From NCBI GenBank assembly GCA_964486045.1, contig CAZALK010000003.1, forward strand, positions 1 through 64,000: a DNA stretch of 64,000 nt, read 5' to 3'. Source of the stretch: an uncultured archaeon. Its GTDB lineage: Archaea; Asgardarchaeota; Lokiarchaeia; Sigyniarchaeales; SOKP01. This document shows, piece by piece, positions 19,849 to 29,880 of the stretch (the first letter of the stretch is position 1; each line of letters begins with the position of its first letter). The notes below the pieces were generated by a model. That model was not told the origin of the DNA and ran no database searches. It saw only the letters and a list, made by a program, of their open reading frames with translations. Both the position numbers and the translations under genes were made by a program.

Positions 19849-20424
19849 CTAGTTTTCGAGTTTTTCACCACAACTAGCACAAAATTTTGCATCTAAGGGT
19901 AGTTCATGAGCACAATTTGGGCAGATTTTAGTTTTCTTCTCTTCTTTAAGTTTCTCTTCAAGATTTGATCTACAAATTGGGCAGAATTTGGCATCACTTT
20001 CTATACCTTCCCCGCAAAACGGGCAATTAAGTTTTGAAATCGGTTTTTCGATTACTTGATTAGGCTGCTCATGCTGTAAAACTGGTCTTGGGGGAACTTG
20101 AACATTTCCAACTCTAACTTCAACAGGTAATGTAAGAAGAATAATTTTCTTTGATGCGAGAGTGGCTGTTAACGTAAAAATGCCCTCAGCCTTAGGAATG
20201 ATCGCAAAAAGCCGGCTTTTCTTATTTCCATTCCCAATTCCCCCATACCATTCAGATTTTATCCTTAGCCGGACTTCAGGAGGTCCAGTAAGCACTACTC
20301 TAACTTGAGGAAGATAATGACCTTGAAAGTTTTGAACCACCAAAAAAAATTCTTTCTTTCTATTTAAAACGCTGTACACTGCCTCAGCGTCATTTTTTAA
20401 ACCAAATTTAATTTGTGTACTCAT
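19849..20424 (-). CDS. Ig-like domain plus double zinc ribbon protein
   Basis: CPFCGEGIESDAKFCPIC and CPNCAHELPLDAKFCASCG. Confidence 0.8.
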   Translation of the reverse strand: MSTQIKFGLKNDAEAVYSVLNRKKEFFLVVQNFQGHYLPQVRVVLTGPPEVRLRIKSEWYGGIGNGNKKSRLFAIIPKAEGIFTLTATLASKKIILLTLPVEVRVGNVQVPPRPVLQHEQPNQVIEKPISKLNCPFCGEGIESDAKFCPICRSNLEEKLKEEKKTKICPNCAHELPLDAKFCASCGEKLEN

Positions 20425-20669
20425 TATCTTAAATTCTCTTTAAGGTTTATAGAATTTTATAATAATTTCAATATTTATATTTATATATATTCAATAGTAT
20501 AAAATTAGAATATATTAACACTATTTTTTAGTTCTCCTCATTTAAAGTGATCTCAATGCTGGTTTGGTAAACAAATAAAAAATCGTGGTGACTTTCAAAA
20601 TTAAGAAAATAATTATAGTATTTCTAATTTTATAACATAAGCTAAGCAATTAAATGCATTAGTATAAAA

Positions 20670-21617
20670 ATGGTTGAAGTCTGTATTGAATTTAATAACG
20701 TTTCTAAGAGCTATAAAGACGTTCTTGCTTTAGACAACATTTCTTTTACTATACAAAAGGGTGAAATTTTTGGGTATATTGGTCCAAACGGAGCTGGTAA
20801 GACGACTACAATTAAAATTATAGTAGGATTGATTAAGGATTTTAATGGAGATGTCTTTGTAAACCGAAACAATGTAATTACAAGTAAAAAAAAAGTACAA
20901 AATTTGATAGGATATCATCCACAAGAAGCAGGATTTCAGGAATGGCGTACTGTTGATCATGCTTTTAAAACCTTCGGTCGTCTTTCTGGACTTAGATCAG
21001 AACAGCTTGAATATCGTATTCATGAAATTTTAGAATTAGTCGGTCTAACAGATGTTCGAAGTAAGAAAATAGTTCACTTATCAGGAGGTATGTTTCAAAA
21101 ACTAAGACTAGGACAGGCTCTCCTACACGAACCAGAAATATTAATCTTAGATGAGCCTTTAGCAGGATTGGATCCATCAAGTAGGTTTCAATTTAAAAAA
21201 GTTATTAAAAAACTTGCTAAGAGTGGGATAACAATTTTATTCTCATCACATATTTTAAATGATGTTGAGGATATAGCAAACAGAATAGGGATTTTACATG
21301 AAGGGAAAATTAGAAAACTTGGAACCCCAGAAGATCTACAGAGCAGCTTCCAAGTTGGGAATATGATTGAAATAATTGTTGCTAAGAATACCCCTCTCTG
21401 TGAAGATATAGAAAGTTTATATAAAGTCGACTATGTAGAAAACCCTAAAGCAAACAAACAGTTAATTCACTTGAAATCTAATGTTGACATCGATTTAACC
21501 GTTTCCCAAATTATGAATTTATTAATAGAACAAAAATGTAGAATCCGTAGTTTTAATCTTGTAAAACCAAGTTTGGAACAAGTCTACTTAAAGTATGTTG
21601 GAAGTGAAACTGAGTGA
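20670..21617 (+). CDS. ABC-2 type transporter ATP-binding protein
   Basis: GPNGAGKTT, LSGG, LILDEP, SSH, and C-terminal PSLEQVYL. Confidence 0.95.
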   Translation: MVEVCIEFNNVSKSYKDVLALDNISFTIQKGEIFGYIGPNGAGKTTTIKIIVGLIKDFNGDVFVNRNNVITSKKKVQNLIGYHPQEAGFQEWRTVDHAFKTFGRLSGLRSEQLEYRIHEILELVGLTDVRSKKIVHLSGGMFQKLRLGQALLHEPEILILDEPLAGLDPSSRFQFKKVIKKLAKSGITILFSSHILNDVEDIANRIGILHEGKIRKLGTPEDLQSSFQVGNMIEIIVAKNTPLCEDIESLYKVDYVENPKANKQLIHLKSNVDIDLTVSQIMNLLIEQKCRIRSFNLVKPSLEQVYLKYVGSETE

Positions 21618-22276
21618 GTTTAAGATTACTTTTTATCGATGAATTACGGGGTTATGCAAAGTCAAAGGTAATGATTGTATTATGGATTGGCTTACCTCTA
21701 TTATCTTTTTTGATTCAATTTATTAATCCAGGTGAACTTGAAGGTATGCCAATATCATTTCTAGTTTCTCTTATTGTTTCAAGTATAGGAGGAACTCTTT
21801 CTGCGATAATGCTAAGCACATCAATTGTAAGTGAAAAAAATCGTCATGTTTATGAGTTATTCCTAATTAGACCAGTTAAACGTAGCAGTTTGATTTTAGC
21901 AAAATTTCTGGCAGTTTATTTATGTCTCGTTGTTGCTGTTGGAATTTCTCTTTCTGTTGGCTTGATAATTGATGGATTCGCTAACAAATTGTCAGAAAGT
22001 CTCTTGAATGTTACATTTGAGTATTTAATTATGAGTTTTTCCTCAATGGCGATTACATGTTCTATTGGAATTTTATTTGGTGTAGTAGTTTCCTCTGTAC
22101 CAATAGCGGCAATTTTGTCTGTATATTTAGGTAGTCAACTGTCATCATTGATTATTTTACCTATTTTCTTCTTGGAAGGTTTAGATCCCGTCATTCTATC
22201 TTTAGCTCTTGGAATACCTATATCAATTATCGTAATTGGAATTGATATATCATTATTTAACCGTCAACAATTCTAG
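21614..22276 (+). CDS. ABC-2 transporter permease
   Basis: About 6 TM segments and the motif SEK...ELFLIRPVKRSSLILAKFL. Overlaps the ATPase stop. Confidence 0.9.
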   Translation: MSLRLLFIDELRGYAKSKVMIVLWIGLPLLSFLIQFINPGELEGMPISFLVSLIVSSIGGTLSAIMLSTSIVSEKNRHVYELFLIRPVKRSSLILAKFLAVYLCLVVAVGISLSVGLIIDGFANKLSESLLNVTFEYLIMSFSSMAITCSIGILFGVVVSSVPIAAILSVYLGSQLSSLIILPIFFLEGLDPVILSLALGIPISIIVIGIDISLFNRQQF

Positions 22277-22296
22277 GAAATAAATAGGGTTGCTTA

Positions 22297-22893
22297 TCAC
22301 TCATTAATTTGTTCTTTATTGTTCTTAGAGAAACTGTGAAATGCATGTACAATTCTTTGAAGCACTGTTATAGTACTACCAATTGCTAAGATAATCATTG
22401 TCCACCAAATAGCGGTTGGAACCCAAATTTGTAGGATAGCTCCAATAAATAAAATCGGAACTCTATCAGTTCTTTCTATCAAACCGACTCCATATAAACT
22501 AGAGAATCCTAATGCTTCTATTTTTGCTCGAGTATAAGAAGTTAAAAATGCTCCAATCAGCACAATAAGACCTATTTCAAGAGTTGTATATCTACCATAA
22601 ATAACTCCAATGAGAATAAAGAAATCTCCAATTCTGTCTAAAGTCGAGTCATAAAATGCTCCCAATTTCGTAGGACCTTGAAGTCGAGCAACCACACCAT
22701 CTAACTGATCGAAGAATTCAGTAATAAATAAGAAAATTATAACAATAAAAAGAAATTGAAAAAATAACCCAAAAAATACTACTAAAGCAGAAAGTAAACC
22801 AAATATAGTAAAATAGTTAGCTGGAATTTTCTTTAATTTCTTACCTAAAGGGAGTAGAAGTTTAGCTGAGAATTTTTTTACTTGTAATAACAT
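22297..22893 (-). CDS. CDP-alcohol phosphatidyltransferase (archaetidylinositol-phosphate synthase-like)
   Basis: DQLDGVVAR...GAFYDSTLDR, SYTRAKIE, GLIERTDR. Confidence 0.92.
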   Translation of the reverse strand: MLLQVKKFSAKLLLPLGKKLKKIPANYFTIFGLLSALVVFFGLFFQFLFIVIIFLFITEFFDQLDGVVARLQGPTKLGAFYDSTLDRIGDFFILIGVIYGRYTTLEIGLIVLIGAFLTSYTRAKIEALGFSSLYGVGLIERTDRVPILFIGAILQIWVPTAIWWTMIILAIGSTITVLQRIVHAFHSFSKNNKEQINE

Positions 22894-23247
22894 TAAAAGA
22901 TATTCCTCTTTATAATAGAGATGTATTAATTAATGATTAAATTAATTTATTGCTGTTATCAAAAAAAATTATTGATGAACATCCAGTTTTTATTATGAGA
23001 TAAAATATTTAACCTAATTTCTTGTCTATGCGAAAATAATGCACAAATCTCAAAAAGAATAAGTTTAAAAAGTTAAATTTTCTTTACAATTGTAATAATC
23101 TTGAATATACTCCGAGATTATTGTTTTAATGGTGAGGTATTACAATTTTTAAAATGCTTGTTCAATGATTTTTTACGTGTTAACTCATAGGAAGTTAAAA
23201 ATTTATAATCTGAGAGGGTTGGAGCAAAAAATAGCACTCACGTTTGG

Positions 23248-24510
23248 ATGGGCAGAGGATTTGAATATAAAATGTTAGAATGTCTCCACAATAGTTTAAA
23301 AGAGCAAAGCAAAAAGATAACATCTTGGTATAACTCTAAAGTGAGAGCTTTAGAAGAAAAAAATATCGCTCTTCCTCTTTTTTCTTCTTTTGATATGAGA
23401 GATAGTGGATATAAAGCTTCGATTGTTGATTCCAATGTGTTTCCTGCCGGTTTTAACAATCTTGACTTAGAATCACAACTACATGCCTCTACAAGATTTT
23501 TTAATTATTTATCTTCCATTTCTTCGGAAAAGGATGTCTTAATTATTTCAGAAAATCATACAAGAAACACTTATTACTTCGATAACATTCACGTGTTATC
23601 TCGCATCTTAAACAAAGCAGGATTCAATACATATTTTGGTTATATTGAAGGAGAAAATAATTCTCGTCCTACTTTAGTTTTAAATAAATACGAAGAACCA
23701 TTAAAAGTTGAAAAAATTTTTAGAGATAATGGAAGAATTTTTACAGACTCATTCCATGATGGAATTATAATATTAAATAACGATCTTTCAGTTAATCGCC
23801 CAGAAATTTTAGATAACGTTCGTCAACATGTTTTACCTTCAATTTCTTTAGGTTGGTATAACAGGAAGAAGAGTACTCATTTTCAGTTGTTCAGCGAGTT
23901 AATTGATGAATTAGCCTCATTAATGTCATTTGATCCCTGGCTATTGAAGACTTTCTTTACATTTGTTGATGATATTAATTTTAAAGATAAAGATTCTCTT
24001 GATGATGTGGCTAAAGCTGTCAATTTGGTTATAGACGAAATATCTCTCAAATATGAAGAATTTGACATTCGTGAAGATCCGTTTGTTTTTGTTAAAGATA
24101 ATTCAGGTACTTATGGTTTAGGAATAATTTGTGTTTCTTCTGGAGAAGAAATAAAGAATCTCAATTCTAAAAAACGAAAAAAGATGATTTATGGAAAAGA
24201 AAGATCTCGAATCGATAGCGTTTTGATCCAAGAAGGGATTTATTCTAACTATCTTATGCATAATAACTCTGCTGAACCAGTATTATACAATGTGGGTGGA
24301 GAAGTTGTGGGAGGATTTATGCGAGTTAACAAGTTACAAGATAGAAATACAAATCTTAATACCAGAGGAATGAGTTTTCAAAAATTAATTGAAAACAATC
24401 AAACTCTACCCATTATCCTGAAAAATAATGAGTTTTCTTTATACTCACTGCTCACCAAAATAGCAGATTTAGCAATATCATATGAATATAAACAAACTTT
24501 ATTAGACTAG
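23248..24510 (+). CDS. gshA: Glutamate--cysteine ligase, divergent ATP-grasp-type GshA family
   Basis: PLFSSFDMRDSGYK...DSNVFPAGFNNL, ENHTRN..Y, ILNNDLS, GWYNRKKSTHF, FDPW, KDNSGTYGLG, AEPV.Y...VGGF.R, NLN..GM.F. Confidence 0.88.
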   Translation: MGRGFEYKMLECLHNSLKEQSKKITSWYNSKVRALEEKNIALPLFSSFDMRDSGYKASIVDSNVFPAGFNNLDLESQLHASTRFFNYLSSISSEKDVLIISENHTRNTYYFDNIHVLSRILNKAGFNTYFGYIEGENNSRPTLVLNKYEEPLKVEKIFRDNGRIFTDSFHDGIIILNNDLSVNRPEILDNVRQHVLPSISLGWYNRKKSTHFQLFSELIDELASLMSFDPWLLKTFFTFVDDINFKDKDSLDDVAKAVNLVIDEISLKYEEFDIREDPFVFVKDNSGTYGLGIICVSSGEEIKNLNSKKRKKMIYGKERSRIDSVLIQEGIYSNYLMHNNSAEPVLYNVGGEVVGGFMRVNKLQDRNTNLNTRGMSFQKLIENNQTLPIILKNNEFSLYSLLTKIADLAISYEYKQTLLD

Positions 24511-25454
24511 TGAATATTGTGAAATGGCTATTTGTGATAGATCCGATAGAAACTTTAAACTATGAAACCGATTCTACATATGCAATAATGAAAGAAGCTT
24601 ATCGTCAAAAAATTAATGTATTTTGTTGCCGTACACAAGATATTTTTTACAAAGAGGGAATTAGATGCTACTCAAGATCTTTTTCTCTTGAGGCTGAGAA
24701 TTTTAAAGTCGGGTCTGAAATAGACTCACACTTGGATACTTTTGATATTGTTTTCATGAGAAAAGATCCTCCTTATGATATGACGTTCCATTACTGTACC
24801 CAACTACTTTCTTTAACAAACTCTTTAGTTGTTAATTCTCCTCAAGCATTAAGAGATTTTAATGAAAAATTAATTATTCTTCCTTTTCTAGATTTTATCC
24901 CGGAAACTCTTGTAACTTCAAATGAATCTAAAATTTGGTCATTCTTGAACGAATTTCCAAATGGATTTATCCTTAAATCATTAGCCTCCTACCAAGGGCG
25001 TTCTGTTGCCTGGATCACTAAAAACGATAAGAACTCTGAAAAAGTTTTAAAAACCTATACAAAAAACTTCTCAACTCCGGTAATGATTCAAGAATATTTA
25101 CCCGACGTGAGTATTGGAGATAAACGCATCTTAGTATTAGGTGGTAAGATAATCGGAGCTGTTTTACGTGAGCCAAAAGATAATAACTATTTAGCGAATT
25201 TAGGCCAAGGTGGAATTGCTAGGAAAACTACCTTAACGGAGCGTGAAAATGAAATGGTTGAAGGAATTTCAAATTTCCTTATTAAGAATGGGTTACATTT
25301 TATTGGGTTAGATGTAATTGGGGATTACATAACTGAAATCAATATTACATGTCCAACTGGAGTTGTACACATTAACAAACTTAATAATATCGTTTTAGAA
25401 GAAGAAATTATAGATTACTTTCGAAATTTAGTAGAGACTTTTAATCCTATATAA
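24510..25454 (+). CDS. gshB: Glutathione synthetase (bacterial type)
   Basis: FVIDP...DST, MRKDPPYD, VNSPQALRDFNEKL, QEYLP, GDKRIL, ANLGQGG, GLDVIGDYITEINITCPTG. Its GTG overlaps the gshA TAG. Confidence 0.92.
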   Translation: MNIVKWLFVIDPIETLNYETDSTYAIMKEAYRQKINVFCCRTQDIFYKEGIRCYSRSFSLEAENFKVGSEIDSHLDTFDIVFMRKDPPYDMTFHYCTQLLSLTNSLVVNSPQALRDFNEKLIILPFLDFIPETLVTSNESKIWSFLNEFPNGFILKSLASYQGRSVAWITKNDKNSEKVLKTYTKNFSTPVMIQEYLPDVSIGDKRILVLGGKIIGAVLREPKDNNYLANLGQGGIARKTTLTERENEMVEGISNFLIKNGLHFIGLDVIGDYITEINITCPTGVVHINKLNNIVLEEEIIDYFRNLVETFNPI

Positions 25455-25499
25455 AATTTTAAAAAGAAAGAAAAAAATGATATACAATTTGAAAAGAAT

Positions 25500-27002
25500 C
25501 TATATTCTATAAATAGGATAAAATTTTTCTTCAATATATTTCAGAAAATAGTCTGAATTCAAGTCTTCTCCAGTAACTCTTTTTATTAAATCGTTAGCTC
25601 TATAAATACCACCATGCTGATGAATATTTTCTCTCAGATAGTTCAATAAATTAGAAAAATTCCCTTTGCTGTAATCATCAGGTAAATTTGGCATCTCCTC
25701 CAGTGCTTTTGCATATATTTGAGCACCATATAGATTTCCAAGAAAATACGTAGGGAAATACCCAAACAGTCCCCCAGAGAAATGAACATCTTGCAAAACA
25801 CCTAGTGCATCATTTGGAGGAACAATTCCTAATAATTCTTCAAATTTAGTATTCCATACTTCTGGTAATTCATTTACATTAATATTCCCTTCAATGAGAG
25901 CCTTTTCTATTTCAAATCTTAAAATAATATGCAGACCATAAGTTACTTCATCCGCATTTACCCTGATGAAAGAAGGTTGAACAATATTGATAGCTCTATG
26001 AAAATCTTCCATAGGATAATCTTTTAAATTATCCGGGAAGTATTGTTGAAAAGTTGGATACCAATACATCCAAAATTCTTTACTGCGACCAACAATATTT
26101 TCCCACATTCTTGATTGTGATTCATGGATTCCCATTGATGCACCAGATCCTAAAATTGTGTCATGCAACTCCTCTTTAATGCCCATCTCATAAATGGCAT
26201 GACCATACTCGTGAATTGTACTTGTAATACAATCTGGAAAGGGTTCCGTTGTTCTCGTGGTAATTCTAACATCCTTTGCCGCGAGAGAAGTCGTAAATGG
26301 ATGTGTTACTTTATCTTGTCGCCCAGAGCTAAAATCAAACTTCAATTTTTTAATAATTTTCCCGCTTAATTCAAATTGTTTATCCTCATCATAATGCTTC
26401 TTAAAAATTGAATCATCAGGTTTATCTGAAGAAGAATTTAGTTTCTTAACAAAATCAATTAATTTTGGTTTAATTGGGTCGAAGATATTGGCAATCCAAT
26501 CATATGTCGCTCCTGGTTCATATAAATCTATTAATGTAGAGTATATATCAGGATGAGTCCCAAGTTTTTCTGCTTTTTCCTTCTGTAATTCAACAATTTT
26601 TTCTAATATTTTTTCAAAAATTGAAAAATCACTTTTTGCTCTAGCCTCTTGCCAATTCTTCGCAGCTAATACACTAGTTTCAGCAATTTCAACAACTAAT
26701 GATACGGGTAATTTTGTTTCTAGGTTATATTCTCTTGTAATTTCGCGTAACATCGCACTTTCAATTTCGTTAAGATTAAGTTTTCCAGCTTCTTTTATTA
26801 ACTTTCCTACTTTTTCGGATGTTATTCTTTGATGAATTAACTTACTTATTAATGAGACTTGTTTTGACCTACCCTCAACAGATTCATAATTCATCATATT
26901 AACTTCCTGATCCCAATTCAAAAGAGATGAAATATAACTTAACCTTAATATTTCAGCAAAATATTCTCTAAGTTCATTCATTACATTCATTCTAGGTACC
27001 AT
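25500..27002 (-). CDS. Carboxypeptidase, family M32 (Taq-like)
   Basis: LNWDQE, HPF, DVRITTR, HEYGH, HESQS, IRVNADE, QDVHF, GYFPTY. Confidence 0.95.
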   Translation of the reverse strand: MVPRMNVMNELREYFAEILRLSYISSLLNWDQEVNMMNYESVEGRSKQVSLISKLIHQRITSEKVGKLIKEAGKLNLNEIESAMLREITREYNLETKLPVSLVVEIAETSVLAAKNWQEARAKSDFSIFEKILEKIVELQKEKAEKLGTHPDIYSTLIDLYEPGATYDWIANIFDPIKPKLIDFVKKLNSSSDKPDDSIFKKHYDEDKQFELSGKIIKKLKFDFSSGRQDKVTHPFTTSLAAKDVRITTRTTEPFPDCITSTIHEYGHAIYEMGIKEELHDTILGSGASMGIHESQSRMWENIVGRSKEFWMYWYPTFQQYFPDNLKDYPMEDFHRAINIVQPSFIRVNADEVTYGLHIILRFEIEKALIEGNINVNELPEVWNTKFEELLGIVPPNDALGVLQDVHFSGGLFGYFPTYFLGNLYGAQIYAKALEEMPNLPDDYSKGNFSNLLNYLRENIHQHGGIYRANDLIKRVTGEDLNSDYFLKYIEEKFYPIYRI

Positions 27003-27145
27003 TTCTAAAGATTAATATACAATTAAGAAAAATAGTTAACAATTTACAAATTAATTTTAGTATTAGGTTTTTAAATATTCAATACCTTTAAAAGAACTAT
27101 ATTTTGAACTTTTGTTGAACTAATTAATACCAGGGATTAACTAAA

Positions 27146-28708
27146 TTACACAATCTGTTCTTGTTTTACAAAAAAATCGGCAGCTAACTTAACATCCTCA
27201 ATAGTTAACGCTCTTCGTAAAGATTGTGCTAAATCTGTAACTAATTGTTCACATAACTTTAAACTGAGCGAACTCCCCTTTTCTGTGATAATTTTTTGTA
27301 ATTCCTTTGAAAAATCTACAGTTACAGGCTGTTTTATCTCTTTACTTAATTTTTCGTGAGGGGGGAATAATTCCATAGGCATTCTTACATCTGATCTTGT
27401 TGATATTTCTTCCCGACTTTTTGAAGGGATATATTGTTTTTTAAATTTAGCGGAACTTTCAGAAGGTTTTAAAAGTTTTAGACCAACAGGCTTACCCTCT
27501 AATTTTTGAAATGATGTCATTCCACTAGACAATCTTGTGGGTGGAGGTGGCAATTCTTCCTCAGCTTCCTCATTATTAAAGAATTTAAGCGAACGAGTTC
27601 CAGTGGGTAGTGGTTTAACTTTAACTTTCCTTTTAAATTTTAATCGTTTTGGGATTTCAAAATCTTTACCCTTCTCACTTTCTTTTCTTTTATCTCTCAA
27701 ATCTCTCAAAACTGCTGTCAAATCAAGTATTTTTTGTTCGAAAAGTTTAAGATGTTCAAAATCTTGATATGTCGTACAGACATTAACTAAATCTCTATAT
27801 TTTGCTAAAGCTTGAACAATATTCCCTAATTTAACTAATTTTTCTGCTTCTTTTACAGCCTCTTCAAAATTAGATGGTAATTTTTCCTTCATTCCTAAAA
27901 TTTCTTTGATATATCCTTGAAGTTGTTTTTTTGCATCAGGAGAATTTAAGGAAATTTCTTTAAAATCATAGATATTTAATTCATTTTTAATTCTTTTGAT
28001 GTCCTCGTCTTCTACTAAATCACGTTTATTTCCAATTATTAATAATTTCGCATATTTGCTCTCAAGTTTCTGCATATTCATAAAATGATTCAATATTTTC
28101 AAGTTGTAGTTTGCTAAATTAAATAAAAGGATTATAAGATCAGATCCCCTTAAAAATTTCGGCCAAAGACTCGAGAAATTATCTTTTAATCGAAAATACC
28201 AGAGCTCAAAACTTAGATCTTCAATCTGAATAGTACTTGACTTTGCAAAGTCCATAATGATCTTTTCCTGCTCACTTCTTAATAAATTGTATAGTGTAGT
28301 TTTTCCCACATGAGTTGGACCGATAATAGAGATTTTGGAATGTAAAGCGCTCTGAATTTCGTCAAGAAAGCTTGAAAACTCATCCTTCAACGCACTTGAT
28401 TCTTGAATTTTGGTGGGATCAGTAAATAATTCTTGAAATCTTGCTACTGTATCATCTAATATTTTTTCTATGTATTGAATTGAATCACTTAAGTCAGTTA
28501 CAAATAGAAAATATAAATCATCTATCCCTTTATGAAAAATTTGGAAAGAAGAATGTTTGCGGTTAATGATTTTGCCAGGAAGGGGCAGTTCCATATATTT
28601 ATCTAAGGTATCTTTAATATTTCTTAATTCAGTATTCCCATAAGCAATAGCGTAATCTTTAACATAAATATGTTCCTTATGATAAAAAATATGAATTTGA
28701 CGTAGCAT
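27146..28708 (-). CDS. Longin-like + small GTPase-like (Arf/Rab superfamily) + helical domain protein
   Basis: N-terminal longin-like pattern, G1 GPTHVGKTT, G4 NKRD, a degenerate G3 (WYFRLKD), a MIT/TPR-like helix pair and a Pro-rich linker. Confidence 0.8.
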   Translation of the reverse strand: MLRQIHIFYHKEHIYVKDYAIAYGNTELRNIKDTLDKYMELPLPGKIINRKHSSFQIFHKGIDDLYFLFVTDLSDSIQYIEKILDDTVARFQELFTDPTKIQESSALKDEFSSFLDEIQSALHSKISIIGPTHVGKTTLYNLLRSEQEKIIMDFAKSSTIQIEDLSFELWYFRLKDNFSSLWPKFLRGSDLIILLFNLANYNLKILNHFMNMQKLESKYAKLLIIGNKRDLVEDEDIKRIKNELNIYDFKEISLNSPDAKKQLQGYIKEILGMKEKLPSNFEEAVKEAEKLVKLGNIVQALAKYRDLVNVCTTYQDFEHLKLFEQKILDLTAVLRDLRDKRKESEKGKDFEIPKRLKFKRKVKVKPLPTGTRSLKFFNNEEAEEELPPPPTRLSSGMTSFQKLEGKPVGLKLLKPSESSAKFKKQYIPSKSREEISTRSDVRMPMELFPPHEKLSKEIKQPVTVDFSKELQKIITEKGSSLSLKLCEQLVTDLAQSLRRALTIEDVKLAADFFVKQEQIV

Positions 28709-28877
28709 ACAGATTTCCGATAAAGGTTGTTTCCTTAATAAAAAAAAAAGAAATACTAATTAATAATTCTTTAGAATTCCCCTACTAAAAAATTTAAATG
28801 CTCAAATATAGTTTTACAAAAACAAAAACAAATATTAGATTTTAATGACTCTTTTTGCATAGGATATATTAAATAAT

Positions 28878-29855
28878 TTGGAAAATAAGAAAATCACAAA
28901 CATGCCCCTAGAACCAAAGCATTACTTAAAATTTCTGGATAATGATGCGGAGGCAAAAGATCGATCAGAACTACTTGGTTTACTCGATGTAAGAATAAGA
29001 GCATTATGTTTTGATGAATGTGAGCGTGATAGAATCGTTTGTACATTAACTCCTTTATGCTCGAAGAGATTCTTACTTAGATTGAGAATTAAAAATAATT
29101 TGACGATCCAAGATTTACCTCAATTTTGTTACAGTGTTCATAAGGGCGTAATTGAGAGGCATTTTAGGAATAAAACAATTATTTATCGACCATATGATGC
29201 TTACTTGTATCTAATTGATTTTTTGGATGTATTTTTTCATGGAGATTATCGAAAATTAAATAAGTTTATTTCATTAAAAAATTGGGGAGATGCAATAGAG
29301 ATTTTTGATGATAGAATTAACAATCGAAATGAAAATTTTAGCTATCTATTAACAAAAAATTATGTCTTATTTAAATTTGAAGATAAGATTCATTTAATTT
29401 TTTTAAATAAAGGTTATGTTCTTTGTAATGCTAATCGTGAAAATATTGTAAGCCTTGAAATGATATATGGTTTATGTAAGCTTTATGCTGATATTTATTT
29501 TCCTGAAGTTAAATTAAAGATATTCGGTTCTAATCGTGTAGAAATAATTGTAAAAATCCCTTATGATATTCTTGCAAAAGTAAAAAGCGACGCTACTGAA
29601 GTTAATGACTCTAAAGCTGACGATTATTTTTGGAATACGCTTTGGGAAGATCTAAATGCATTAACTCAATATTGCAATGAGATTCATCTGCAAATGGATA
29701 AAAACCAAAACTTAGAAATTGCTTTATCCATCTCAATTTTGACCAGTAATTATTTATTAGATGAGAAAAGAGCATTACTTAGGTTTAGGGATTTAAAGTT
29801 AATATTAAATTTCATAACGCGTATTTATACTGATTATTATATAATATGGGTGTAA
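28878..29855 (+). CDS. Hypothetical protein
   Basis: 325-aa ORF with a Cys-containing N-terminal part (CFDEC...C...C). Family not recognised. Confidence 0.7.
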   Translation: MENKKITNMPLEPKHYLKFLDNDAEAKDRSELLGLLDVRIRALCFDECERDRIVCTLTPLCSKRFLLRLRIKNNLTIQDLPQFCYSVHKGVIERHFRNKTIIYRPYDAYLYLIDFLDVFFHGDYRKLNKFISLKNWGDAIEIFDDRINNRNENFSYLLTKNYVLFKFEDKIHLIFLNKGYVLCNANRENIVSLEMIYGLCKLYADIYFPEVKLKIFGSNRVEIIVKIPYDILAKVKSDATEVNDSKADDYFWNTLWEDLNALTQYCNEIHLQMDKNQNLEIALSISILTSNYLLDEKRALLRFRDLKLILNFITRIYTDYYIIWV

Positions 29856-29880
29856 AAAATTAGAGAAAAGTGATAAGAAA

